Origin: Ascidiella aspersa
Lineage: Eukaryota
Reading direction: 5' to 3'
Length of the DNA stretch: 64,000 nt
NCBI GenBank assembly: GCA_963924565.1
Contig: OZ004607.1
Location: 25,606,001-25,670,000, forward strand
The notes beneath the pieces are model-generated. The model had not been told where the DNA came from. It made no database searches and saw nothing but the letters and a program-made list of their open reading frames with translations. This document shows positions 30,001 to 42,000 of the stretch, one piece after another (position 1 is the stretch's first letter; every line of letters begins with the position of its first letter). The position numbers and the translations under genes were made by a program.

Positions 30001-33000
30001 GTAAACAGTCGTGGCTACAACGGTAAAACAACTTCTTGTATGACACAGTAAAAATGTTGAAGATTTTCAAACTTTTAAGGGCAACAAAATTTATAGGCAT
30101 AATTTATGAAATTAAAAAATGTTATCAGTATGATGATTGCATATATGATGTTTTAAAAACTTACCTTGAGTCGTTGCTGTTATCGGAACTGTAACAAAAT
30201 ATATAGTGCATTACTTTTAGGCATAAATGATGTTGGGTACATTATTTATTTACGCACAAACCGTGCAAACAAGTGCTGAATCTGACCTTAACCATTCAAG
30301 TTCGTTACGGCTGAGATAATTTATTCTCTTACCCAATTTCTCAAGTTGTATAAAGCAATTATTCAATCAAAAAACAACACTAGAATGAATAAAATACAAT
30401 AATTACATTCCAAATTTGAACAGTACGAAATACTGATACTACTTTTCTATTCAGATTTGAAATATAGAAGTTCATTTGATGGCCACACATACCCCCTTAA
30501 ACTGCCCCCTTGGTGGCAATTACTCACAGGTAAAACAAAATCATAAAGCGCGATTAGCGAACAATGCGACGTACCAGAACAGATGAGGTCGCGGATCCGG
30601 TTGGCCTCTTTGGGAAGACTCGCGAGTCCGTGAGGCACCGCGACGATCCGGGATCGCGCAAAGTCCTCCGTCGAGTTTATGATACTCTGCGTGGCGCGGA
30701 TGAATCCGGGCATCATCGGAACAGCGACCACGAATATTTCGACTCCGCTCTGTGAGGCGGACTTGAGAACTTCCGGAAGTCGCGCGGGCGCATCGAATGG
30801 CGCACCCAGCGGTGCTTTACGCATTTCCACGATGGCCACTTTGCGCGCGTGAGGTCGACCTCCTGCGTCAGCTGCGTGGAACGATTTTATGATTAGCGTC
30901 TGCATTTTAATTTGGGACGTTCTTTTTTAATTAGATAAACTGCTGCAGATATATTTGCAACCCGATGAAGACGACCTTGGCAAAAATACCATGGTTCAGG
31001 CCACAGTTTAGCAACTTAACCCCACAGCGGACAAAACCTAATACAACCAGGTTGCAGCGGATGTACTAAATTGCAATTCTTCTTGATAACTACGTTCACT
31101 TATATTTTATTGTTTAATAGAACGTGCAAAATATGCCTAAATACATTTTATTGTTGACCATACCGAAAGTCAAGAACACCTTGACTGTTTCCAAAATACT
31201 TCATCCATACATACTTTAATTTTTGATTACTTCCTCAACTCACGTCCAAACTTTTCGTCCAACGCTTCTTCTATTAATTTTGAAAAATCTGTTTTCCTGT
31301 ATTGCCCGGGGTAATCCAGGAGACTCAACGCATTTTCCAAAGCGGAGGGAGTGTCGAATGATCCAAAAGGGAAACCCCGCGGGAAAGTATCGTACAAGGA
31401 ACGATCGTAAAAGTAAACAGCGACCTAAATAAATAAAATAATTACAGAAGAAAAGCATAGCGCATGACTTAACTAACTTAAGAAACTACAGCATAAAACA
31501 TTTCGAGAATGCACACAACAGTATCGCACACAACTGTCATTTGCTATGCGAAGAAGAACTGTTGCTACAAACCTCGGTTTGGTTTTTCCCGATTGGCAAC
31601 TGCTCGGTCACGTTTCTTAGAAGTTGAAGGTGTGGCGTTTTGGCATCAGTCACCGAACCATCGAGCAGAAACATAACGTCGGTGGCTGGCATCGAAGTGC
31701 ATTCTTAAAATAACAAAGGCATATAAATATAAACACAATCTGCAATGTAGGCCAATTAAAATTAAAGAAAGTATTCAATAGACAACTAAGCCTTAGTTGT
31801 GTACTCACCTGGTGTAAACGGGCCAGTTGTTGTTTCAATTCTTTGGGTCGTAAATATTTCGGTCGTTTCAGTCAAGAACGTTACTTCAGTTGTAACTACG
31901 TGGGTTGTTTCAGCAGCTGTTGTTGTGCGAACAACGTGGGCTATAAAACGAAACAGAAATATTTAAAATGACATGGTGTCGTCGTATTGTTCTGTTTTTA
32001 TACACATTAGGGTGAACAATTCAAACAAAGGTTAGACATTTTAATAAAATTACTGCATATTTACAGTTTAAGAAAGATACTCACGAAGGCATATCAAATC
32101 TGTAAGGTTGCTGACTATGCTTGGCAATTGTTGGAAACTCTTTGAGAGCACAATCACGTCACTTTTGTTCAGCGCAGGTCTCACCACGTCAACATACGCC
32201 GCCAAAGAGTCGCCCATGTCCTCATCTGGTGGAATCACCAACGCAAATACTTCTATGCCGTGTTTGAGTGCGGCCTTCAAAACTGCTCCAACTGAAAGTG
32301 AATGCGAGGCGCCGATTCCTGGGGATAAAATAGGTGCTCCGATTGGGGATCCACCAAGTTTCATCGGAGGTCCACCACCGGCTCCAATCGGAGGTGGTCC
32401 ACCACCAACACCACCCATTGGAGGTCCGCCACCACCTCCCATTGGAGGTCCGCCACCACCTCCCATCGGAGGTCCACCACCACCTCCCATCGGAGGTCCA
32501 CCACCTACACCTATAGGAGGTCCACCATCGCTTCCGATTGGGGGTCCACCTCCTGGTGATAAAGAAGGTTCACCTTTCATTGTTGGCATTCCAGGAACTA
32601 TTGGAGGATTAAGCCCTCCTACTATTGGTGGACCCGCCCCGAAGAACGCAAACGAGGGTTCTCGGATGTCGATTACCGCCACTTTTCTGGCATGTGGACG
32701 TCCTCCTGCCGATTCTGTTGAGTTAAATATAAAACAAGAATGTTATCGACAGGGCAGTGCATAATTAATAGGTTGCTCAGCAACAATTTTGATGCATAAC
32801 CTTTTTTGTCACAATATGTGTTTTATATGTTGATTCAGCTATGTGCAACGCATGTTTGGCTAAGAAATATTTGGACACGATCGAGTAAGCATAACCCGTA
32901 AGCAGGGCGAAATTAGTTTATGTGTATTATTAGGTCTATAGGACACGTTGCAAAAAGTACGAAGTTTGCTTTCACCAAAAAAGTTAGTTCAGGCCTTTAA

Positions 33001-36000
33001 AAGTCAGTTAAACTGCTGTAGGATTACTGAATGGCATATCTGTTTAATTGAGAAGTTTTCATTTTTGTGTAAGCAAATACATATGGATGCGAAAGAGATA
33101 TCTAACCTTATTTTTGACATAATTAACAGTTCATTGTATGGTTTTCAACCACGGACTGTTGGGATTGCGATACTTGTATTATTCTGCATGACACCTGTTT
33201 TGCGTACCGGAAAACTTTTGCGTAAACGCTTGTTTTATTTGCGGACTGATGCTCATCTCATATCGTCCAGGACGCCGAAGATTGTTGATCGCAGTTTCAA
33301 GATCTTGATGAGACTCGAAACGACTAAGAGGGAATCCCATCGGGAGGTGACCTTCTAAAGTATCTCCGTAGAAGTAAACGCCAACCTGTCAGCAATTTTC
33401 ATTCTCATGATGCGGCCATACTTTATTAATACTAGACATTTGGCGGGATAGACAACAACACAAAGTACATGTCAATCAAATTCAGTAAATTACATGTGTG
33501 TTGTTTGGTCCAAAGATGAAGTTGCTCGTAAGGTTGCGAAGCAGTTCCTTATAATAAGGAAGAGACACAGTTGCGGCTTGTTCGTCCGTCCTTCCGTCAA
33601 AAATAAAAAGTATGTCGGTAGGAGGAATTGTGTCGCAAATTGTAACTGAAATAACAAAAAAACAAAACATTAAATTTGCGTTTTCAAACAACTCCGGTGC
33701 CATGTGTTGCATATGGTACCTGGTGGTACAGGCGTCGGTGTTACGGACGTTAATATGGGAATTGTGGTGCCAGTAATTTCAGCTGTCGATGCTGTAGCAA
33801 GGGTAACGGCTGCCGTTGGTGTGGTGGAAGCTGGTAGCGTAGTGGTAGTTTCTGGAAGGGCTGTTTAAAAATATATACATGGTCAAACTAAGAAAATAAT
33901 ACACGAATTGTACCACGTTGATTTGTTTCTTTGTTGTTCTATCTATTACGAGTTTTAATAGCGTTAATTGCGTGAGGTACAAATTAACATGATTTTTCTT
34001 ACGAAGACAAATCAGGTCTGTCAGGTTCGCGGCCACTTCTGTGAGTTCTGAAAAGCTCTTCTTCAGAACAATTACATCGGACTTGTTCAGGGCCGGTTCG
34101 ACAACACTGACGTAATCGGCAAGGTCCGGGCCCATGTCGGCTTCTGGGGGAACCACCAAGGCCACGACTTCCACTCCAGCTTTAACAGCGTTGGCAACCA
34201 CCTCATCGACGCTCAGCGATGGAGGACCAACAATATTAAAATCCGGCATTTGGGGAAGGCCTGGAAATGAGGGCGGTGGTGGTGTCCCCATTCCAGGAGG
34301 AAAGTCCTTTCCACCATTTACAAACGACATTCCTGCGCCAGGAGGGGGCAACGGGGGCAGTTTGGGCTCACGGATGTCGATGATCGCTACTTTTCTGGCG
34401 TTTGGTCGCCCACCCGCTGCAACTAAAGAGAATAACAGCATACTGTAGTAGCAAGCTTGTATACTATCAGAGTGTGCTAAAGATTGACACCGGTTGCCAC
34501 GAGCGCGATAGGCAACAACAAAAACTCACGAAGGGCAATTTAAACACGCTCGTGAAAAGGCTAAAGACATGTTTTGAATGACATCCTGCATGGGCTACAA
34601 TACAAGTAAATCTGAATATGATCGATATTTGTCAACTTTCGAATGTTTGTCAGCAGCAAGTAGTGTTTCTTTGTTTAGAGTTATCGCAGAATAATTAGCC
34701 ATGTAAAACAAATATGGTTGTAGCGTAACCAGTAAATCCTTGCAAGACTATCTCACCGGTGAACTTCTGCTCCAAGGTTTTTTGAAGTGTTTCTGCAATC
34801 TCGGGAAAAATTCGCCCGGGTCGTTTGAGTTTGTCAATTGCGTCGTCCAGATCCTGACGGGTATCGAATCTGCTGAGCGGAAATCCCTCAGGAGGGCTCC
34901 CGTACACTTTATGGTCACCGTAGAAGTACACGCCAAACTGGAAAACGTATCAGATTTTATACACAAGACTTTTTATCTGGTTTCTTAAATCAGCCAAGTT
35001 GTAACTGGCCAGTATTGCAACGAAAACAACGATGATTTAATTTATAATATACTTTGTGCCTGCTAAAATAAAAAAATGAAATACCTGGGTGTTATGCGGC
35101 CCGAAGACAAAGTTATTGGTGAGATTACGGAGCATCTCTTTGTAGTAAGGAAGAGATGTAACGGCAGCTTGTTCGTCTGACATTCCGTCAAGGATAAATA
35201 AAATGTCACTTGGGGGCATCGTGTGACACACTGTTTACAACAAAAGAGTGGTTATGCTTTTAAAAAGTATAAAGCAAAATATAAGTATAAAACAATAAAC
35301 ATCTTAGATTATTTATTTTTAAAAAGGTTTTAGTAAAACGTGTTTTCCAAAACTAATTGTCAGCATACTAAAGGTTTCGGTTACTATAGGTTTGACTTTT
35401 CCCCATAATCAAGGCCTTGTTATAAACAGTAAAGTCCGATATTAGCTGGCCTTATCAGGATTATAGTGCAAGCAAGACAAGGCCAGAAAAATATAGACTG
35501 CGGTGAGTTCAATCTCACAATTTCGGCCATCACGGGACCGGTAAAAGACTCCTGTTTGCATGGGCTGTTCACTTTAAATAAATGTAAAAAATGGAAAATT
35601 GGAGTATTGCTTTAGATTAGAGTAACATAAGGAGTCTGAAACCTATTTTCTGAACATATTTTCATAAACAACCTATGGGACGAGATTTATTTGCAGTTGT
35701 GCATGTTTCCACTATCTGCTGCACTTACCAGGGAGAGGCGGTTGCGGCGTGGTGGGCAGGAGTGGTGGAGTTGCGCATACGGCCTGGGAAACGTTGCGTA
35801 GAAACACTTCGCTCTCGATAGCGGGCTTGGCGGCGACAATCACTCGACCAGCGTCCGCCACCAGCTTGTGTAGGTTCGGGCGATCCACCGAGTCCAGTCC
35901 CAGTGCAATAACTTGAAGCCACGTGCCGCCACGCTGAGCTTCCGCCCTTGCTTGGTTAAGCTTTTCGACCCAAGTGTCGTAGAGGTTAACGTCCTTAATG

Positions 36001-39000
36001 AAACAGCACATTTTTTTTATCTTTTTTTATCTAGCTTTTTGTTTTTCATTGGCAACTGAATTGTGTTTGTGTTATTATTGTCGGTTTCGTTGCTCTGAAT
36101 ATGTGATAATGGAAATCACCTAGAGCAAGATAAATGTCGACCTGAAATCCTGATCAGTAACACTAGAACACTCTAGCGAAGCTAGAAACTCAGACACAAT
36201 TAAAAGATCTTAAATGATACATAATAAAATTAATAAACATAGCTTTTTTTACATTTAATCACTTTTATTCAATTTAATAGCTTCTACTAAACTTTGATAC
36301 CTATAATAATAAATTAAATATCGTCAAACACAACAAATTACAAATAGCTACATAGACCCAAAACACGATAAAATAAGAAAAAACTATATGGTTGGCCAAA
36401 AATCGTTGTGCAGGATCGGGACAGAAGTGCTGGGAGTAAACCTTAATTCTTCCATCGGTGAAAACTGCAATGACGAAAGGAACGCCAGGACGTCTTCCGA
36501 TGTCCGACGGGTGCAACGCTCCGTCGATCAAATGTATCAGCGCCGCATACAAGTTAGTTGTTCCCATGAACATCTTGAGTTGCCTAATTCGCGCAATCAT
36601 GCCTGGCTTGTTACGCTTGTAGGTGGCCAAGTTCCATTCCTTGTTGGTTTCGTCGTTGCCGAACTCGATTAGGCCGACCTGCGAAGCGTAAAGCGATTCC
36701 TGGATGTTGGATATTACGTGCTTAAATATAACATTTCCGCGAAACAGATACGCCTATGCTAAATCAACTGATTATGCGGGAGATGAAAATGCATATAGGG
36801 GATGTGAGTAACATGACACCTATAAGTACATATAAAAACATTTGAAAACCAATGTAAATAAATTAACTTACAAATATGTATTATTTTAATACAAATCTGA
36901 AGTATTATTAATTATGTAATCTAAAGCAAAGGCTTAACAATTTACTTAATCTGAGTGGAATATAACCCGGTACTTCCGACTTGGTGAAGCCTTATGTTGC
37001 TTTACTTAACAATACACAATTACTTTTACCAAACAACAAAAACAAAATATCCAAATTAAAAGTTTAAAACAAAAAAGTATATAGAACAATAAAATACAAC
37101 TACACAAACCAATAAAACACATATGACAATAAAGTGTTACCCTGGTGGAGTCTGTGGCAATGTCAAATGAGTCAACCAGAGTTATTAGAATTTTCTTTAG
37201 GATCTCAAATCCAGCAGGCCCTATGCTTGCAGAAGCGTCAACGACGAAATAAACGTCGACCTCACAAGCTAAAAAAGCAAGAAATATTTAGGTATGATGG
37301 CACATTAAATATTTTCTATAGTCTTATGCAATTTAAGTAGGCTATGGGGTTGTTACTAACCACGACATAGTGCCATTTTATGGTAATTCGATCAGAAGTT
37401 ATGCTCAAATTAACCTAAGCTTACTTGGCGAAGGTGGTGGCCGCAGTTTAGGTGTAGTTGTGACGGCCATTGTTGTTGGAATCTCTAAAAGCAAAAATAT
37501 TTTGTTTTATTAATACGATAATAGATTTGATAGAGACATAATATTCTCTTTGCGAGAAGGTTCGAGGAAATTTTAACTACATTTCGACAAATAGTTTATT
37601 ATTGGCAAGTTAAGGAAATGTAACAAAATAAGTTATTCTAGTTTGATTTTTGCCAACGGTATATTAGGGTGTTCCTGACCTGGACAAACTGCATTGGTGA
37701 TGTTCAGGATGTTATCACGGAACTGTTCGCTTCCGCCGTTGAAGGTAAACATCTCATTTGGAGCCACGGCGCCCATCACTTGCGTCATGAGCTCATCAAG
37801 GAGGCGCTGTGGTCTCGGTCCCTGGGCTGCGGCCACCCCGACCACCACCACTTTGCCCCCCAGGTCCTGAACCCGGGAAATGTACCGGGGAAGGTTGACG
37901 TCGGCCTGCCCAGACCCCTTCCTTGTTGCCAAGAGCACAATCACCTGGGGAACGCCCGGACGGGATCCTGCGAAAAATATATAGTACCGTGAAATCGGAA
38001 ACAAGTTTAAAAGAGTGCAAGTCCAAACCTGGAAGTGAAGGTTCAGCAAAAACCTATACTTTTTATTTCGTGTAAGGCGAAATATTGTTGCTGCATGAAT
38101 GGTTGTTACGCATATTTTTTACCTGGAATTCTACCAGACAGTCCAGAGAGTAGAACATCCAGGGCGGACGCGAGGTTAACTTTTGGCGATGTAGAAGTGT
38201 CCTTTAGGTTATCGATGGCATCCCAGGTTTCCTGGAGGGTTCGCGGAGCGAGGGGAAAGTAATATTTTCCGCCCATTCCTATACTCTTCTCATATCCTAT
38301 CACGGACATCTATAGAAAAAGTCAGAAAAATTTACGAACGTTTAGTCCATTTTATCTATCATTGATACAGGTAGGTAGCTTATATAAGCATAAAAGTAGC
38401 CAAGCACCTCCAGTGGGTTTTGACCTTTTTAGTGTCGTTACACCTGAAAATAATTTTATTAAGGGGTAGGCTAATTACCCGCATTTAAGGACCACCTATC
38501 TACAATGAAAGCTTAAATATACAGTATAAAGACAACCAAATAACAATAACTAAATAGTTTACCAACCCTAGTTTTGTCCGGTGCGATTTTAAAATGTTCT
38601 GCGAACGCCTTTAAAGCGAGTTTGACGTTCTCCCCATTCACTCCACCTCCTTTTCGCATCCAGTTGGAAGCGTCCACGAACCAAGTAATGTCCAATTCGT
38701 CATTGTAGTTACACGCTAAAACATATACCACGAAAAATCATTTTTCGCGATTTAGAACCTAAAGGTATAGTTTGCCTAAAATTCCTGTGGTAGGCTGTTC
38801 ATTACATGACAAAGCAAAATAACAGTTAAAGTTTAGTTCTGTATGTGTGTAATGACTAACATAAGCTAAAAGAATTAAGCGAAATATAGGCTACATATGA
38901 CACTATTTTAAGAAGTTTGTAACGCGAAGAAAGACACCAAATCAACGGAAGACAATTTCAGTTCAAGTTTGTAAGCTTCATGAATCTACAATACGCCGGT

Positions 39001-42000
39001 GTAGAAAAAAGAAAAACATATTGTTAAAATTCCTCTAGCAGCAAAAGGAATCGCTTTGAAATATAGTAGGCTCACTGCAACACTCCTATATTTGAAATAA
39101 TTATATATCACAATTATGACATACAACAAAGTGTAACATACCGGTATATGTAAATATCAACATTTAATTACAAACTCACCTGCTGTTTTTCGAACTTCCG
39201 GTAAAGCTGAAACAAAACAAAAAGCATTTCAAGCACATTTAAATGGCGGACAGCTGACCTGAAAACTTAGGGCTAGTAACATTTCACACTACCTTGTACC
39301 AAAAGCACACGCCATTATCTTTTTATACTTAGATTGATCTAAATCCTACGCGTTTAAAGGTATGTGCATTTAAGTCAAGTAAGCTGAAATTTTGCAGCTT
39401 CCGCTTACGCTGGTCAGCATAAATTGTGAAAGGTAAAGCCACAGTAACACATTTTAATTTTGGATTCATAATGGAAAATCAAGATGAAGACACACAATGT
39501 GTTATTACAGTGTCGTAATATGTTTATGAACCTTGGTCATTAAGGAAACAATGCCGTAAAAGTTAGGGTTAGCCAAAACTTATCGCTACGTTTTACTCAT
39601 ATAATTAGTCTCTCACTTATCGGAATACTAGGTGTGGGAGGTGCAGTTGCGGCGGTTGTCGTTCTCCCACGGGGGTAGCAGATCATGTCGACGAGTTCCG
39701 AGGCCAGTTTCTCGGGCGCCACGTCATAACGCAGCTCCAGCTTGGCTCCTTCAAGCGCGTTGCTCCAATCAACGCGCTGCAAAGGTGTCGCGTCGTGGAA
39801 TATGTGTCCAAAATAAGCGAAGACAAACGCGTAACCTTGTGCCTTCATTTGCGTTACCAGCTTAACAACGTTGCGGCCTTTCGGCAATCTCGTAAGAACG
39901 ATAAAATAGAGCTTGTCGTACGTGTTCGGGCGGAGATGCCGGTTGAACACTAAGTCGCGTCCTTGATTTATTGCCATATGCAGCCTAAGAGCGTTGGGCC
40001 TACGATTTGCTTTAATTGCTGGTCGGCCACTGCCGTCGAAGCGACTCAACAGCGCAGTCTTGTTGCTGCCATCTTCGCTCATGTGGACGGTCCACTTCAA
40101 TGGCCTTCCAGTCATTGCCATTGAAACCCGGGCGTGGTCGTTGCTGCCGTCTATAGGAAACTCCGCGAACAAATGGTAGAACACGGCGTTGATGACTCGT
40201 TTTCGCCAAGGGATGTCAACAACAAGGCTATCTACGATTGCAAAAATGTCAATCGGTTGTAAGCAAGACGGTGCTGGAGTGGTTGTAAAAAGAGGAAAGG
40301 TTTCTTGTGTTGCCGTGGTCTGGTTAATTGGCCCAGTTGGTCCTGGTGTTGTTGATCCAGTATACTCCAAAGTAGTTGGGCTTGGTGTTGTAGACCCAGT
40401 GAACTCTTCCGTAGTTGGCCTTAGTGTTGAAGGTCCGGTAAACTCTACCGTAGTTGGCCTTAGTGTTGAAGGCCCGGTAAACTGTTCGGTAGTTGGCGCT
40501 TTTACAGTGGACCCAGTGAATTCTTTAACTGTTTTTGCTGACACCCCTATTGTTGTTGGTCCAGTTGGTATTTTACTGGTTAGACCCGTGGCAGTTGTTT
40601 CAGGTATGGTACTTGGAACATGAAATGGGACCCCTGACTCGCACATCATTTTATACACGGTCAAATCGATGTCGTTTCCAACTAATTCCCGCGAATTTGC
40701 TATCTTCCTGAAGAAGCCTTGAGGTCCGGCGACGTGTGCTAAATAACTCAATTGGAGCTGTCTGCCGTATCCCAAAACAACAAAGGTGACACCTCTCTGA
40801 TGCAAGTTAGCTAACACCTGTTCCTGAGCTCCGGTAAGATTTTCTGGCTTCGTGTGCATCATAATAAATACTGACGTATTACGCGGTATTGCAAGGGAGT
40901 CGGATTCATTTAGGACCCGAGACAAAGCAGCGCCTAGATTGGGGGTCGGAGTGTCGGGAAGACTCGGGTGTAGAGATACGTCAGACTTCAGGAACTTTTG
41001 AAGTCTCTTATTGTCTTCGGGAGTAATCAGGTACTGAGGTGACTCGCCGTATTGAACAATTCCAACACGTACACGGTTTATACCATGTTCGCCTGGAATA
41101 AAATTATAGGGGCCGAGCGTTCTGCCAAGCTTGCTTGTTGCGTCCATCATATTCAGCAAGTCGTGGTTGGTCACCCCGTCCGAGTTGTCCCACAGAAAGA
41201 ACACATCGGTTGGGTGTGAGCAGTAGGTTGGTTTGACGGGAACACGTCGCGGCGCCCTGCAAACCTTCTGTGCCACTTCTTCGTACTTATCAGGCAGATT
41301 GGCATCAAAGACGTACAAAATGTTGTCCACGCCGACCGTGTCAGTCCATTGGTGCTTGTCGTGAAAGTTGGAATAGGTTTTTGGCGAAGTGATGATGGTA
41401 AGCACTACATCTTTTTCAGCAAGTTCCGCTATGGTTTTCTTTAATGCCGTTTGTGAGCTGTCGCTTGGCTGACTTCCCTGTAGAACTAGGATTGATTTTT
41501 GAACACGTTTTTCGTCAAGCCTCGCACCCATTCTCAAAGAACCTAGATTTATCGAAATGTCCTCAAGGGCGTATTGCAGGTCAAACCCGTGAGGGTGTGC
41601 CTTGCCGTTTCTGTATACTTTGTTGTTCAAAGTCGACAAAATGTCCCAGTCAAAGTTCTGCGTGACCTTGCCTGCTTGCGGAGTGAACTTAATAACTCTC
41701 CAAACCCGATTGGCGGCGAGTGTTATCGACACGGCCGTGTTGCTCTCCGAAATCGTGATGTTGCGTAGCAGGGTTCGAAGTAACGCGAAGACAGCGTTGG
41801 TTTTGCGAGTTTTCTCGGCCAGGGTCGGCGCGTTGAGAAGTTCGACGTCGATGATTATCGCGAGATCGGCGACCATGGTACACGATTCCAGTGGCGCAAC
41901 CGGAGTCGGCGTGTGTGTCACTACTGGCTGTGGGGTTGTAACGCCTGTGGGTGCTGGAGTGGTCGTAATCTCCTCATTGTGTCCCGGGCACAGATCGTTT

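Noticed and set aside
32108-32764. 218-aa + strand ORF with PPPPIGG repeats resembling a formin FH1 region
   Set aside because: Antisense shadow of the GGGPPMG-containing VWA8 exon. The minus frame has VWA homology and proper splice sites.
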